A stretch of DNA of 64,000 nucleotides from Mobula hypostoma (lineage: Eukaryota). A program made the translations under genes and the position numbers. This document shows, piece after piece, positions 24,839 to 38,182 of this stretch. Where the stretch lies: the NCBI RefSeq assembly GCF_963921235.1, contig NC_086108.1, forward strand, positions 87,484,001 to 87,548,000. Reading direction: 5' to 3'. Under the pieces are notes generated by a model. That model made no database searches and had not been told where the DNA came from. It was given only the letters and a program-made list of their open reading frames with translations. Position 1 is the stretch's first letter; each line of letters opens with the position of its first letter.

Positions 24839-25136
24839 ATAATAGGCATCCGCTAGTCTCATAAGACCATGGATTTGCGCCTTGGAAGGTTTCCAGGGCA
24901 TAGGCCTGGGCAAGGTTGTATGGAAGACTGGCACTTGCCTATGCTGCAAGTCTCCCCTCTCCACACCACCGATGTTGTCCAAGGGAAGGGCACTAGGGCC
25001 GATACAGCTTGGCACCAGTGTCGTCACAGAGCAATGTGTGGTTAAGTGCCTTGCTCAAGGACACAACACGTTGCCTCAGCTGAGGCTCGAACTAGCGACT
25101 TAGACCGATGCCCTAGCCATTTGGCCACATGCCAAC
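24839..25136 (-). mobile_element. Second copy of the same tRNA-derived SINE
   Basis: Aligns with 23620-23865 (longer body, deletion in the tRNA head); imperfect TSD caatggaagtta/caatgaaagtta. Confidence 0.82.
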
Positions 25137-25544
25137 ATGCAATGAAAGTTACGGTAGAGATTTCATCCAGGTACAAAGAAAGCACAGAAAACATTTCCTC
25201 TGAAGGAAAGAAACGGAAGATAACTTCCTTAAGGACAAGGGAGACAAGAAAGTGTAAAGGCTACCATAATTTAGCAGATGCAGATGAAAGTCATCCAAGG
25301 TACAGGTTATGATGGTTATTGAAATCATTTTCAGTTAGATAAATGGGCACCTATATGATTGGTGATAGGTGGCTCACTGTTCTTAATAGTCATCAGTTTC
25401 TTCATATAGCAATATTCAGAACTAGTTTGAAACCCATCAAACCAATGCAGCCCTGTTGTGTGAACAGTCAAAAGTTGGCAGGTTAATTTACCTAATGCCC
25501 CATATGGATCCAGGTGTCCTCTAATATGACAAGACAATAACCTA

Positions 25545-26366
25545 TCCCTCAATGTCAGCAAGACGAAGGAATTGGTTGACTTCAGGAGTAGCGGACTGCA
25601 CGACCCAATTTACATCGGTGGTGCGCAAGTGGAACAGGTCAAAAGCTTTAAGTTCCTTGGGGTCAATATCACAAATGACCTGACTTGGTCCAACCAAGCA
25701 GAGTTCACTGCCAAGAAGGCCCACCAGCGCCTTTACTTCCTGAGAAAACTAAAGAAATTTGGCCTGTCCCCTAAAACCCTCACTAATTTTTATAGCTGCA
25801 CCGTAGAAAGCATTCTTCTAGGGTGCATCACAACCTGGTATGGAAATTGTCCTGTCCAAGACCGAAAGAAGCTGCAGAAGATCGTGACCACGGCGCAGCA
25901 CATCACACAAACCAACCTACCGTCCATGGACTCACTTTACACCGCACGCTGTCGGAGAAGTGCTGCCAGGATAATCAAGGACACGACCCACCTGGCCAAC
26001 AGACTTTTTGTCCTTCTTCCCTCTGGGAGGAGGCTCAGGAGCTTGAAGACTCGTACGGCCAGATTTGGAAACAGCTTCTTTCCAACTGTGATAAGACTGC
26101 TGAACGGATCCTGACCCGGATCTAGGCCGCACCTTCCAAATATCCAGACCGGCCTCTCGGTTTATGCACTACCTCACTTCCCATTTTTCTATTTTCTATT
26201 TATGATTTATAATTTAGATTTTTAATATTTACTAATTTTTATTATTTTAAATATTTTTAATATTTAATATTTGTAATCCAGGGAGTGGGAAGCACAGAAT
26301 CAAATATCGCTGTGATGATTGTACGTTCTAGTATCAATTGTTTGGCGACAATGAAGTATAAAGTAT
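25545..26366 (+). mobile_element. Rex-Babar LINE 3' fragment
   Basis: ORF 25572..26114: FKFLGV...KKAHQRLYFLRKLKKF...ESIL..CITTWYG...LPSGRRLRS...NSFFPTVIRLLN; AT-rich 3' UTR and aaagtataaagta tail. Confidence 0.9.
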
Positions 26367-27064
26367 GACAGAAAACATTGCAATAGCTAACACCTTACAG
26401 TATTAGGTTATCCCAGTGGACTATGCAGCATTGTAATCTGTTGTATAAGGCACCAATGAGGCCACCTAAGAGTCTTCTTTTAAAAATACAAATATGCTAA
26501 TACCATTCGGAAGCAGATGTAGTTTTTAATCTAGTATCATTTTTCTCCTTCCAGCACAGCTGAGCTCTCCCTAAGATTGTGCTAGTGCCACTTACAACAT
26601 TATTCAGAAACTTACTGACAAAGTGCTTTAAAAGCAAGGTCAGAAGTAGGACTGCTTTAAGCATAATAAGCAAACCATAAACTGCCATGGGAACTACTTA
26701 AAACCGATGACATTGAAAAATCGAACACTCAGCACTACTGTAAATCCTAATATTGTACATTTCCTACTGATGACTCTCCCCATTTGACAAGGGACAGAAT
26801 GGTACAATGCATGTCAAAGGGATTAACCAAATTTGTGTCCCACTATCCAATACATAGTACAAATAAAACCAGGGAAAAACGGTGTGCATTGTCATCTTAT
26901 ACAAATTATTTATGTGATAACAGATTGAATTATGGCTAGAATGGGTATGAAGCTACTAAGTCACTTCTTCTACCAGTGATATTATATGGCTCCAATATTT
27001 CCTGAATATTAGATACTAGCCAATTTCTTTAATTAGCACTACATCTTGTGTAAATCCCCACAGC

Positions 27065-28480
27065 ACCTGGCAACTCTGTGATCTCGTCTCGGAGGCCAAT
27101 GTTCAAACATCCTTCAAGAGGGTGAATCCTGGCAAGGCATCCGGCCTCGATGGTATACCCGCCCTAGGTACTGAAACCAGTACAAACCAAGATTTTGAGG
27201 CAGATTGTTCTGAGATTCCCACCTGCCCAAAAGGGTAGCCATCATTCTGGTGCCTACGAAGGGCAGGTATGCTGCCTCGGTGACTGTCACATAGTGGCAC
27301 TCACATCTACCGTAATGAAGTGCTTCAAGAAGTTGGTTATGGCTAGAATTAACTCCTGTCTGAGCAACCATATTGGATCCACTGCTATTCACTTACTGCC
27401 ACAAAAGGTCTACAAGTAGGTGCCATCTTACTGGCTCTCCACTCTTTAGAGCACCCAGTTACAAGACAAGTGGCCGGTTACTCTTCCTCGATTACAGTTC
27501 AGTGTTCAAAAGCACCATTCCCTCAGTACTATTAACCAAGCTTCAAAACCTGCGCCTCTGCAACAGGATCCTAAACTTCCCTATTGGGAGACCACTGTCA
27601 GTGTGGATAGGTAAGAACATTTCCTCCTCGCAGATCATTAACAAGGGCACACTTCAAAGCTGTGTGCTTAGTCCACAGATCTACTCTCTATGTTCATAAC
27701 TGTGTGGCTAGGCTCAGCTCGAACATCATCTACAAATTCACCAATGACACCACCGTTGGTAGATCACACATGGTGATCAGAAGGTTTACGGGAGCTAAAT
27801 AGACTGGCTAGTTGAGTGGTAACACAACAGCAACCTTGGACTCAACATCAGCAAGAACAAGGAACTGATTGTGTTCTTCAGGAGGTCTGCAGAACACATA
27901 CCGGTCCGCTTTGAGGGGTCAGCGGTGGGAAAGGTGAACAGCATCAAGTTTCTAGGCGTCAGCATCTCAGAGGATTTATCCTGGGCCCAACGTATCAATG
28001 CAACCATGGTTCTACTTTGTGAGGACTTTGAGAACACTTGGTATGTCACCACAGAATTATTAATTTCTATAGTGTAAACGTACAATGAAAAGCATTCCGA
28101 ATGGTCGCATTACAACCAGGTACGGAGCCTCGAATGCACAGGATCACAAGAGGCTGCAGAGTGTTATAGACTCAGCCATCTCCACCATTAGTAGGCACAA
28201 CTCTCCCCACCAGTAAGAACATCTTCAAGAGGCGGTACCTTAAGGAGGCATCATCTATCATTAATGATCCTCATTGCCTGGGACATACCCTCTTCTCCTT
28301 ACTACCATGAGGAAGGACCCATACTTAACAGTTTAGGAATGGCTTCTTCCCCTCTGCCATAAAATTTCCAAAAAACACTGACTTGTTATTCAGGTTTTTT
28401 TTTTGTTGCACTATTTGTTTCTGTAATTTTTATTGCAAAGCAAATTACATGTCATAAGCAAGTGATAATAAATTTAATTT
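27065..28480 (+). mobile_element. Older Rex-Babar LINE (RT region to 3' end)
   Basis: VALTSTVMKCFKKLV, RLLFLDYSSVF, QSCVLSP, IKFLGVSISEDLSW motifs; heavily disrupted. Confidence 0.8.
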
Positions 28481-29109
28481 TTAAATATACTTTCCAAAGA
28501 TTAAACAACTGTAACATGAGAAAATCTATAGATGCACCGTGTGTTTGGTCCCAAGTTCTTTGATCTTAGTGAGAAAGAAAACAGTTCTTGTTAGATTAAC
28601 AAAACAGAGAGCATTTCATGCATTCCATCATGTATCTATTGTCATGTCGATACTGGGAACAACAAAAATATGCACATGCTTGTTCCTTTGGTAAAAATAA
28701 TCATTAACAAATAATTTTAAAATCACTTATGCTTTACATTACTTTTGCAAACAGTAAATGTACAATCCACACTATTTAAAAAAAAATCACCCATTTTGTC
28801 TGTTAAGGCCACAGTGTAGTTTTATCTTTGAAATGAATGTAATGATAACTGTATTACACGGTTGGATACCCTATTGAGTTTGAGATACATTTCAGTGACT
28901 GCTTCATTTACAATGGGATAGTTGGCAATTTATCATTAGCTTGTAACACTCAATCTAACTACATGTGCAACCTAGCAGATTTCAAGTTCCAGTCACAGAC
29001 TGGAGCATTGACTGGATTTTTACAAAGAAAAACTGGAAAAGGCCATCATTTTTTTTTTCACACCACTGATGTACCTTGATGTCAAATTACTAAAAACTTC
29101 TTCTTTAGT

Positions 29110-32100
29110 GCAGAAAATGGAACGGGGGCAGGGATTCAGATTTCTGGATCATTGGGACCCTATTTTGGGGTAGGAGTCACCTGTACAAAATGGACTTGAA
29201 TCCCAGGGAGACGAATATCCCGGCGGGGAGGTTTGCTAAGGCTACTGGGGAAAGTTTGAATTAGGATTGCTGGGGGGGGTGGGGGGTGGGAACTGAACTG
29301 AAGGGACAGAGGAAGAAGCTGTTGACTCACAAATAGAGAAAGCTTGGAGACAGTGCGAGAGGGAGGATAGGCAGGTGACAGAGAAGGGATGTGCTCAGAC
29401 CAATGGTTTGTGATGTGTCAATTTTAATGCAAGGAGTATTATAAACAAAGCAGACGAGCTTAGAACATAGATCAGTACTTGGAGCTATGATGTTGTGGCC
29501 ATCACAGAGACTTGGACGGCTCAGGGGCAGGAATGGTTACTTCAAGTGCCAGGCTTTAGATGTTTCAGAAGGACAGGGAGGGAGGCAAAAGAGTTGGAGG
29601 CATGGCACTGTCGATCAGAGATCTGGAGGGATTGTCTACGGAGTCTCCGTGGGTGGAAGTTAGGAACAGGAAGGGGTCAATAACTCTACTGGGTGTTTTT
29701 TATAGACCAGCCAATAGTAACAGGGACATCAAGGAGCAGATGGGGAGACAGATTCTGAAAAGGTGCAATAATAACAGGGTTGCCTTGGTGGGAGATTTTA
29801 ATTTCCCAAATATTGTTTGGCATGTCCCTTGAGCAAGGGGCTTAGATGGGGTGGAGTTTGTTAGGGGTGTTCAGGAAGGTTTCTTGACACAATATGTAGA
29901 TAAGCCTATAAGAGGAGAGGCTGTACTTGATCTGGTATTGGGAAATGAACCTGGTCAGGTGTCAATCTCTCAGTAGGGGAGCATTTTGGAGATAGTGATC
30001 ACAATTCTATCTCCTTTACCAGGGGTCCCCAACCACTGGGCCGCAGAGCAAGCGCTACCGGGCCGCGAGGAAACGATAGGAGTCAGCTGCACCTTTCCTC
30101 ATTCCCTGTCACGGCCACTGTTGAGCTTCAATGCATGCGAGGTCATAACCTGCGCATCATCCATGTCAGCGCAGGAAGGAGATCAATTCCTCGAGCTTGC
30201 AAATGACGGCAGGCTGAAAAGTATGTTTGACATAACATCTCTGCTGGCATTCTGGATCAAAGTCAAGGCTGAATATCCTGAGATAGCCATGAAAGCACTG
30301 AAAACGTTGCTTCCATTTCCAACATATCTCTGCAATGAATGCAATGAAAACTAAATTGCGGAACAGACTGGACATAAGGAACCCCCTTCGAGTATTGTTG
30401 TCTCCCATCACCCTTCGATAGGACCGTCTTGTTGCAGGGAACAAGTATTCAGCCCAGGGCTCCCACCGATTCAGTGATAGTGGTGTGTTGCAATGATTTT
30501 ATATGTTCATACGGGGAAAATATGTGCTGTGTGTTTAATATCCAAACGTTACTTAAAATGTTATGATGCTATTGACTTATAAGTGACTTAACAATTACAG
30601 CACGGAAACAGGCCATCTCTGCCCTTCTGGTCCGTGCCGAATGCTTACTCTCACCTTGTCCCACCGACCTGCACTCAGCCCATAACCCTCCATTTCTTTC
30701 TTGTCTATCCATTTTTTCTTTAAATGATGATATCGAACCTGCCTCTACCACTTCTACTGGAAGTTCGCTCAACACTTACTTCAAGCCCCGCCGTCCTCCC
30801 CTGATAATTGAATTATCACTATATTCATGCGAGGAAAATATGCGCTGTGTGTTTAATATTAAATTCGTTAGAGAAACCCTTTAGACACGAAATTGAGTGT
30901 ATTAGCCACTTATCACCTATATTCCGGTCATGATTAACACCCCCCTCCCCCCTGGACAGAATCGCCAAAAACCATTTGTAGAAAAAAATTGGCACGTACA
31001 CACATGCGCACTGGTACCCACGCAAGGCTTCGTGATCATTGTAGTTTTTCCTGCGGTAATCCCAACATATTTGACTGCTACTCTTGTCCGTTGGCCATCC
31101 TTCCCCACCACCCCCGGGTCGGCTGGTCCGCAAGAACATTGTCAATATTAAACCAGTCCGCAGTGCAAAAAAGGTTGGGGACCCCTGTCCTTTACCATAG
31201 CATTGGAGAGGGATAGGAACAGACAAGTTAGGAAAGCGTTTAATTGGAGTATGAGGAAATATGAGGCTATCAGGCAGAAACTTGGAAGCATAAATTGGGA
31301 ACAGATGGTATCAGGGAAATGTGGCAAACGTTCAGGGGATATTTGCAGGGAGTTCTGCATAGGTACGTTCCAATGAGACAGGGAAAGGATGGTAGGGTAC
31401 AGGAACCGTGGTGTACGAAGGCTATTGTAAATCTAGTCAAGAAGAAAAGCTTACGAAAGGTTCAAAAAACTAGGTAATGATAGAGATCTAGAAGATTATA
31501 AGGCTAGCAGGAAAGAGCTTAAGAAAGAAATTAGGAGAGCCAGAAGGGGCCATGAGAAAGCCTTGGCGGACAGGATTAAGGAAAACGCCAAGGTATTCTA
31601 CAAGTATGTGAACAGCAAGAGGATAAGACATGAGAGAACAGGACCAATTAAGTGTGACAGTGGAAAAGTGTGTATGGAACCAGAGAAGATGGCAGAGGTA
31701 CTTAATGAGTACTTTGCTTCAGTATTCACTACGGAAAAGGACCTTGGCAATTGTAGGGACTGAAAAGCTTGAGCATATAGATATTAAGAAAGAGGATGTG
31801 CTGGAGCTTTTGGAAAGCATCATGTTGGATAAATCACCAGGACCAGACGAGATGTACCCCAGGCTGCTGTGGGAGGCAAGAGAGGAGATTGCTGAGCCTC
31901 TGGCGATTATTTTTGCGTTATCAATGGGGACAGGAGAGGTTCCAGAGGATTGGAGGGCGGCAGGTGTTGTTCCATTATTCAAGAAAGGGAGCAGGGATAA
32001 CCCTGTAAATTATAGACCAGTGTGTATAACTTAGGTGGTTGGTAAGTTGATGGAAAATATCCTGAGAGGCATATTATTATTAGGAATAGTCAGTATGGGT

Positions 32101-33351
32101 TTGTCAAAGGCAGGTCGTGCCTTACGAGCCTGATTGAATTTTTTGAGGATGTGACTAAACACATTGATGAAGGAAGAGCAGTAGACATAGTGTATATGGA
32201 TTTCAGCAAGGCATTTGACAAGGTACCCCATGCAAGGCTTATTGAGAAAGTAAGGAGGCACGGGATCCAAGGTGACATTGCTTTGTGGATCCAGAACTGG
32301 CTTGCCCACAGAAGGCAAAGAGTGGTTGTAGATGGGTTATATTCTGCATGGAGGTTGGTGACCAGTGGTGTGCCTCAGGGATCTGTTCTGGGACCTCTTC
32401 TCTTTGTGACTTTTATAAATGACCTGGATGAGGAAGTGGAGGGATGGGTTAGTAAATTTGCCGATGACAGAAAGGTTGGGGGTGTTGTGGATAGTGTGGA
32501 GGGCTGTCAGAAGTTACAGAGGGACATTGAAAACTGGGCTGAAAAATGGCAGATGGAGTTCAACACAGATATGTGTGAGGTGGTTCATTTTGGTAGGTCA
32601 AGCATGATGGTAGAATATAGTATTAATGGTACAACTCTTGGCAGTGTGGAGGATCAGAGGGATCTTGGGGTCCGAGTCCATAGGACACGCAAAGCTGCTG
32701 TGCAGGTTGACTCTGTGGTTAAGAAAGGATACGGTGCATTGGTCTTCATCAATCGTGGGATTGAGTTTAGAAGCCGAGAGGTATTGTTGCAGCTATACTG
32801 GACCCTGGTCAGACCCTACTTGAGTACTGTGCTCAGTTCTGGTCGCCTCACTACAGGAAGGATGTGGAAACCGTAAAAAGGGTGCAGAGGAGATTTACAA
32901 GGATGTTGCCTAGATTGGGGAGCATGCCTTATGAGAATAGGTTGAGTGAATTTGGCCTTTTTTCCTAGGAGTGGCGGAGCATGAGAGGTGATCTGATAGA
33001 GGTGCATAAGATGATGAGAGGCATTTGATCATGTGGAAAGTCAAGAGGCTTTTTCCCAGGGCTGAAGTGGCCAACATGAGAGGGCACAGTTTTAAGGTGC
33101 TTGGAAGTAGGTGAGAAGAGATGTCAGGAATAAGTTTTTTTATGCAGAGTGGTGAGTGCATGGAATGAGCTGCCAGCAATGGCTGTGGAGGCAGATACAA
33201 TAGGGTCTTTTAAGAGACTCCTGGACAGGTACACGGAGCTCAGAAAAATAGAGGGCTATGGGTAACCCTAGGTAATTTCTCAGGTAAGGACACGTTCAGC
33301 ACAGCTATATGGGCTGAAGTGCCTGTATTGTCCTGTAGGTTTTCAGTGTTT
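29110..33351 (+). mobile_element. CR1-clade LINE interrupted by a hAT element (30020-31187) and, in its tail, by a solo LTR
   Basis: AITETW, VGDFN, DFSKAFDKV, GVPQGSVLGP, KFADD; tail resumes gtttctatgt at 34175. Confidence 0.92.
30020..31187 (+). mobile_element. Non-autonomous hAT (Charlie/Buster-like) DNA transposon
   Basis: 15-bp TIRs caggggtccccaacc / ggttggggacccctg; 8-bp TSD tcctttac (30012-30019 / 31188-31195); dimerisation-domain remnant FWIKVKAEYPEIAMKALKTLLPFPTYLC. Confidence 0.93.
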
Positions 33352-34174
33352 TGTGACAAAAGACCAAGTTATCAGAAGATTGATGCCGATAAGAGAGACA
33401 ATGGGGAAAACATGCAAAATGCTAATAAGAGAGAGGAGAGAGATTAACGAAAAGAGACACAGTTCCGAGTATTGTCAGACCGGTTGCTTTGAACCTGAAC
33501 TGTTTGAAGTTTGATGGACAGGCGATACCCCAGCAGGGGTATAAAAGGAACAGGTTCGCTAAGGCAAGGGACACACCACGACACCACAAGATAATGAGAC
33601 CCTGGAAGTGTGGTGTGGCCCCCCCCCTCACAAGTTGGTGGGAGTTTTGGAGGTCTAGTCACGGGACTGACCATAGACGCACAGGGTGAAAAGGTACGAT
33701 CGGCGGGAACCTGGTGTGTGTGTCCGCCCTTGCCTGGGTGCCGGGTTCACTGCAGAAGAACGGTCGTATCCGGAACGGAGGGGTCACAGTCGGTGACCTC
33801 GGAAGACAATAAAGGGTTCGCCCAAAAGCTAACTGCGACGAACATCAAGGTCTGCTGAATCTGATTTGCATATCTCTCTCTCTCCAACGGCACAACAGCA
33901 ATTACTGCGAACTGTATTCAGCTGAACTGAACTCTGCGTCACTTGAGACTGATCATTTACCCCTAGACTGCGATAGAGCTTGACTGATCCTATTATCCTA
34001 GTTCTGTGTACATGCATGTTTTATCATTGCTAACCTGTCGCATTTATATCCTTACTATTAGAATACTGTGTTACTTACTTCCTTAATAAAAACTTTCTTA
34101 GTTCCAGTAATCCAGACTCCAACTAGGTGGTTCATTTCTGCTGGTTTGGCAACCCAGATACGGAGTACGTAAGA
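33352..34174 (+). mobile_element. Solo LTR (823 bp)
   Basis: TGTGAC...GTAAGA (probably mutated from GTAACA), 4-bp TSD gttt (33348-33351 / 34175-34178), TATAAAA at 33540-33546, AATAAA near 34085; no internal domains. Confidence 0.78.
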
Positions 34175-35039
34175 GTTTCTATGTAAAATGCCATTTAAGT
34201 AGGGAAGCATAGCTGTTCTCTTTAAGATGTATAGGGTATGCATCTTGTATAACACTGACATTCTCCTGGAAAGAGGCCAGTTTTCACAAGTTCATATTTC
34301 CCTTCATTTAGGGAAGCCCAGCGTATCCTGGTCAGGATGAGTTCACCAATCTCCTGCCAACCTTGTTTTTGAACAAGCTGCAGGCAGATACATTATGCAG
34401 TTGGTTGACCTCACTTGTTGCCTCATCATAGCAAGCGGGAAGTGGCACAGAGTTAACACCACTTACTGATCTGTCATAGCTTTAATGCTTTGCATTTGCT
34501 TACAGGCTATGGTCCTTTATCAAAAGGTTATGTTGCCAGTTCATTCTGCTAGTGCGAGTAATTCTTCAACGAGAACGGAGGAGAATTGAATAACTGCTCA
34601 AAAATGACAGACTAAGCCTAGTTGTGTAGTTTTACCTGACCAGCAATCGGATGACACATTAAATACTACAAACAGCTTTCCTAGATTAACTACTACCAAA
34701 TCCACCCGTTACAGGAGCCCTAATAATCATTTTGGATTCACTATTCTTACAGATGTCTTTGGGTCACATTCTGAATCATTAACTTAAGTCATCGCCATTT
34801 TATTTGTGAAGGCTTTATCCAATTAGATTACTTGATTTTTCAGACTTTGGAGAATATATCATCTAATTCTGCCCATTTCCTGCTAAATATCCAAAAATTC
34901 TGAAAATGATGAAACACTGAAAATATTGATGGCAAAACAGCATCATAAAAAGGGAATAAAAATACCCTCAAGGTGTGCAGATCAGATGGAAGATGGTACA
35001 AAGAAACAGCTAAATCTCAGAGAAAATGATTGATATAAC

Positions 35040-35045
35040 TTTATT
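35040..35045 (-). terminator. Candidate SZT2 polyadenylation signal (AATAAA); 3' UTR about 1 kb
   Basis: tttatt on the + strand about 1.0 kb past the stop, in repeat-free AT-rich sequence; an alternative lies at about 34799-34804. Not verifiable without transcripts. Confidence 0.45.
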
Positions 35046-36052
35046 ATTTTACAGCAATATTTCAGCCATTTTCATTATATACATAATATACAGTACATTA
35101 AGTATTTTCACTTACAATTAAACTCTAAGCAAGGAGACATTGTGCACCTGCAACTAGGTGTAATTGACTGTTGAAATTTTACAAAGGAATGTGCTTTAAA
35201 ACCACTTAAATACTCCACTTACATTCCAAAATGCAGCAGCACCTTCATTTCATTATAGGAGTAATCAGTAAGTCATGATCAAAGCAACACCTCTCCAGAA
35301 TACGTATGAAAATTATGTCTCTGGTGCAGAAACAGAAGTTTTCTTTAAATGTGAAAATAAGCCTGAATTTTAAAATGACTGATACCTGTGCATCTCATGA
35401 AAAATATATTCAATTGTTTTCCAGTGCATGTATATTTGAGATAATGCAGTCACTAATAAAACTAAATGTTTAAAAGGTTCAGGTTTAACAGCCTAGACAT
35501 TTGACTTACAATTTGGCAGACACAGACGTGCATTCTCAATGCACTCGGTTGCTCAAGTCTGTCTACAGCACTGTGATGAGTTTTGTCAGTTCATCACATC
35601 GACAGCGAGGGCAAGACCTTTCATGTAGTTTGCCCTAAATCCAGTGCTGGCTTGCTATTTGAGCAATGCTTCTTCTGAACGTTCAACCCGCCTGCCCTTG
35701 CCATTGTACACAGACAAAACGAGCAAGATGAAGGGAAAAAAGGAAATCCCAAAAATGAACAAGCATAAATTAGTTATTAATAAATTTACTAAATAAAAAT
35801 AAATTAATAAACAGAAACATCCAGTAGGCTCCCAATTGTGAGGGGCCCACAAATCCCTTTAAGGATTCCCTAAAATCACTGAAGTTCAAAATGAATGAAA
35901 CATGGCTGAAAAGAATGGATTACAAAGAATTTAGTACTTCTCAGTATGAAGCTTGCTATACCAGTTTCTTGCCTCAAGGAACAGTGTAAATGTAGAACTT
36001 CATATAGTGAATCAGACCACTCAAAAATCAGAGCAGGTGGATTTGCAGTCTG

Positions 36053-36199
36053 TTACTGTAGCATACCCGTCCATAGGTTGAAACAAGCAGTGTTGATAAC
36101 AGATTCCAAGTGGTAGTACATGGATACAAGTTGAGGTAGGGGGCTCTCACTGTTCTGTGGTTGTGCAGGAAGTGGCTCTCTGAATACAACCTTTAGATT
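36053..36199 (-). CDS. SZT2: SZT2 terminal coding exon with stop codon
   Basis: (TC)n...tctctag|AAT CTA AAG...[54 protein letters not shown], matching the recalled SZT2 C-terminus (...[18 protein letters not shown]). Confidence 0.96.
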   Translation of the reverse strand, partial: NLKVVFREPLPAQPQNSESPLPQLVSMYYHLESVINTACFNLWTGMLQ

Positions 36200-36509
36200 C
36201 TAGAGAGAAAGAGAGAGAGAGAGAAAGATTATTCAGGAACACAGCAGATTTCTCTTAAAAGGTTATAAGGAGCCATTTCCCAAAATCAGCAATGAGATAA
36301 TATGTATACTCTTCAGAAATGGTTTCAGTTCTTTGCAGTAATTAAGATGAGGGCCTTTGGGATGACTCTAATTAGGTCAAATCCTACACAAAGTCATTGG
36401 ACTAATTATATACAAGTCTTCTTGAATCAACTGCCAGTGTCAAATAAAAATGCAGGAATATTCCAGGGCAACAATAACTACTTCCTACTGATCTTCCGAA
36501 TGAAATTAA

Positions 36510-37860
36510 GATCATAAGACATAGGAAGAGAATTGGGCCATTTGGCCCTTCCAGTCAGCTCTGCCATTCAATTATGGATGATTTCTTTTTCCGGTCAACT
36601 CCATTTTTCCTGCTTTGTCCCTTTACCTTTGACACTGTTACCAATCAAAAACTTCTCAATCTCTGCTTTAAGTATACCCAATGACTAGGCCTCCACAGCC
36701 ATCTGTGACAATGAATTCCACTGATTCACCACCCTTTGGCTCAAGAAATTCCTCTTCATCTCTGTTCAAAAGGGTATTCCTTCTGAGACTGTACCCTCTG
36801 GTCCTAGATTCTCACAGTATTTGAAACATCCTTCTCATGTCCACCCAACCCAGGCTTTCAATATTCAATGAGATCCCCGCTCATTCATCTTAACTAAAGC
36901 GAGTACAGGCCCAGAGTTATTAAATGCTCCTCATGTGTGAACCCTTCATTGACGAATCATGCTCCTGAACCTCCTCTGTACCCTCTCCAAAGCCAGCACA
37001 TCTTTTCTTAGATAAGGGGCACAAAACTGCTGACAATACTCCATTTACAGTCTGACCAATTACATAAAGCCTCAGCATTAGATATTTGCTTTTACATTCT
37101 GGTGTTCACAAAATGAATGCTAACAATGCATTGGCCTTCCTTACCACTGACTCAACTTGCAAGTTAGCCATCAGGGAATCCTGCACGAGGACTCGCATGT
37201 CCCTTTGCACCTCTGATTTTTGAATTTTCTCCATTTAGAAGATAGTCTATACTTTTACCCCTCCTAACAAAGTGCATGGCCATATACACCCCAACACTAT
37301 CTTCCAACTGTCACTTCTTTGCCCATTCTCCCAATCTGTCCAACCCCGCCTGCAGCCCCCTGCTTGTCAACACTACTGACCACTCCACCTTTCTTCATAT
37401 CGTATGCAAACTTTGCCACAAAGCCATTAATCTGTCATCCAAATCATTGACGTACAACATGAAAATTAGTGGACCCAACACCTATGCCTGTGGAACAGCA
37501 CTAAATCAGAAAAGGCCTCCTGTACTTTCACTCGTTGCCTTCTGCCAAACGGTCTATGCTCCAGTAATTCCATGGGCCCTTAACTTGTTTAGCAGCCCCG
37601 TGTGCAGCACCCTTGAAAAATCCAAATAACAACATCCACTGAGTCTCCTTTGTCTAACCGGCCTGTTGTTTCCTCAAAGAATTTCAAAAGGTTTGTCAGG
37701 CAAGATTTTCCCTGGAAGAAACCATGCTGCCTTTGGCCTATTTTATTGTGCGCCACCAAGTACCCTGAAAACTCATCTTACCAACCATTGAAGTCAAGCT
37801 AACTTCCCTATATTTTCCTGTGTTTTGCCACCCTTGCTTCTTAAGGAAGAGGGACATTTG
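36510..37860 (-). mobile_element. Old CR1 LINE in the last SZT2 intron
   Basis: CR1 3' end (cataagacatagga...ggccatt) and degraded RT region. Confidence 0.78.
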
Positions 37861-38113
37861 AGAATTTGCTGAATATGTGCTTAGTCTCTTCCAAACAAAA
37901 CTGAAAATCACTTTCATATGGGTTTGAACAACTGAAGTAACCTACCACAATCTCTTGGACCTTTGAAATGCTATGTGAAAAATCACAAAAACAACACAGA
38001 TCTGGAAATTTGAAAGAGAGCATGCTGAAAACATGGAGTCGCTGAAGGGGTTTTCAGCATTTTCTGTTTTTATTCAAAATCATGTATATAGGAGAACTTT
38101 ATTAAGATCTTAC

Positions 38114-38182
38114 CGTCTTTGCAGACTGAGAATCAAGGAAGATGAGAACAAAACAGTCGATAAATTTCTGATTCAACACCGC
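38114..38182 (-). CDS. SZT2: SZT2 penultimate coding exon, 69 nt
   Basis: ttctttacag|GCG GTG TTG...AAG ACG|gtaaga; AVLNQKFIDCFVLIFLDSQSAKT, phase 0/0. Confidence 0.95.

Noticed and set aside
26540..26645. Possible + strand exon (tttttctccttccag ... AAG|gtcaga) considered as HYI
   Set aside because: Stops in all three frames and no HYI similarity.
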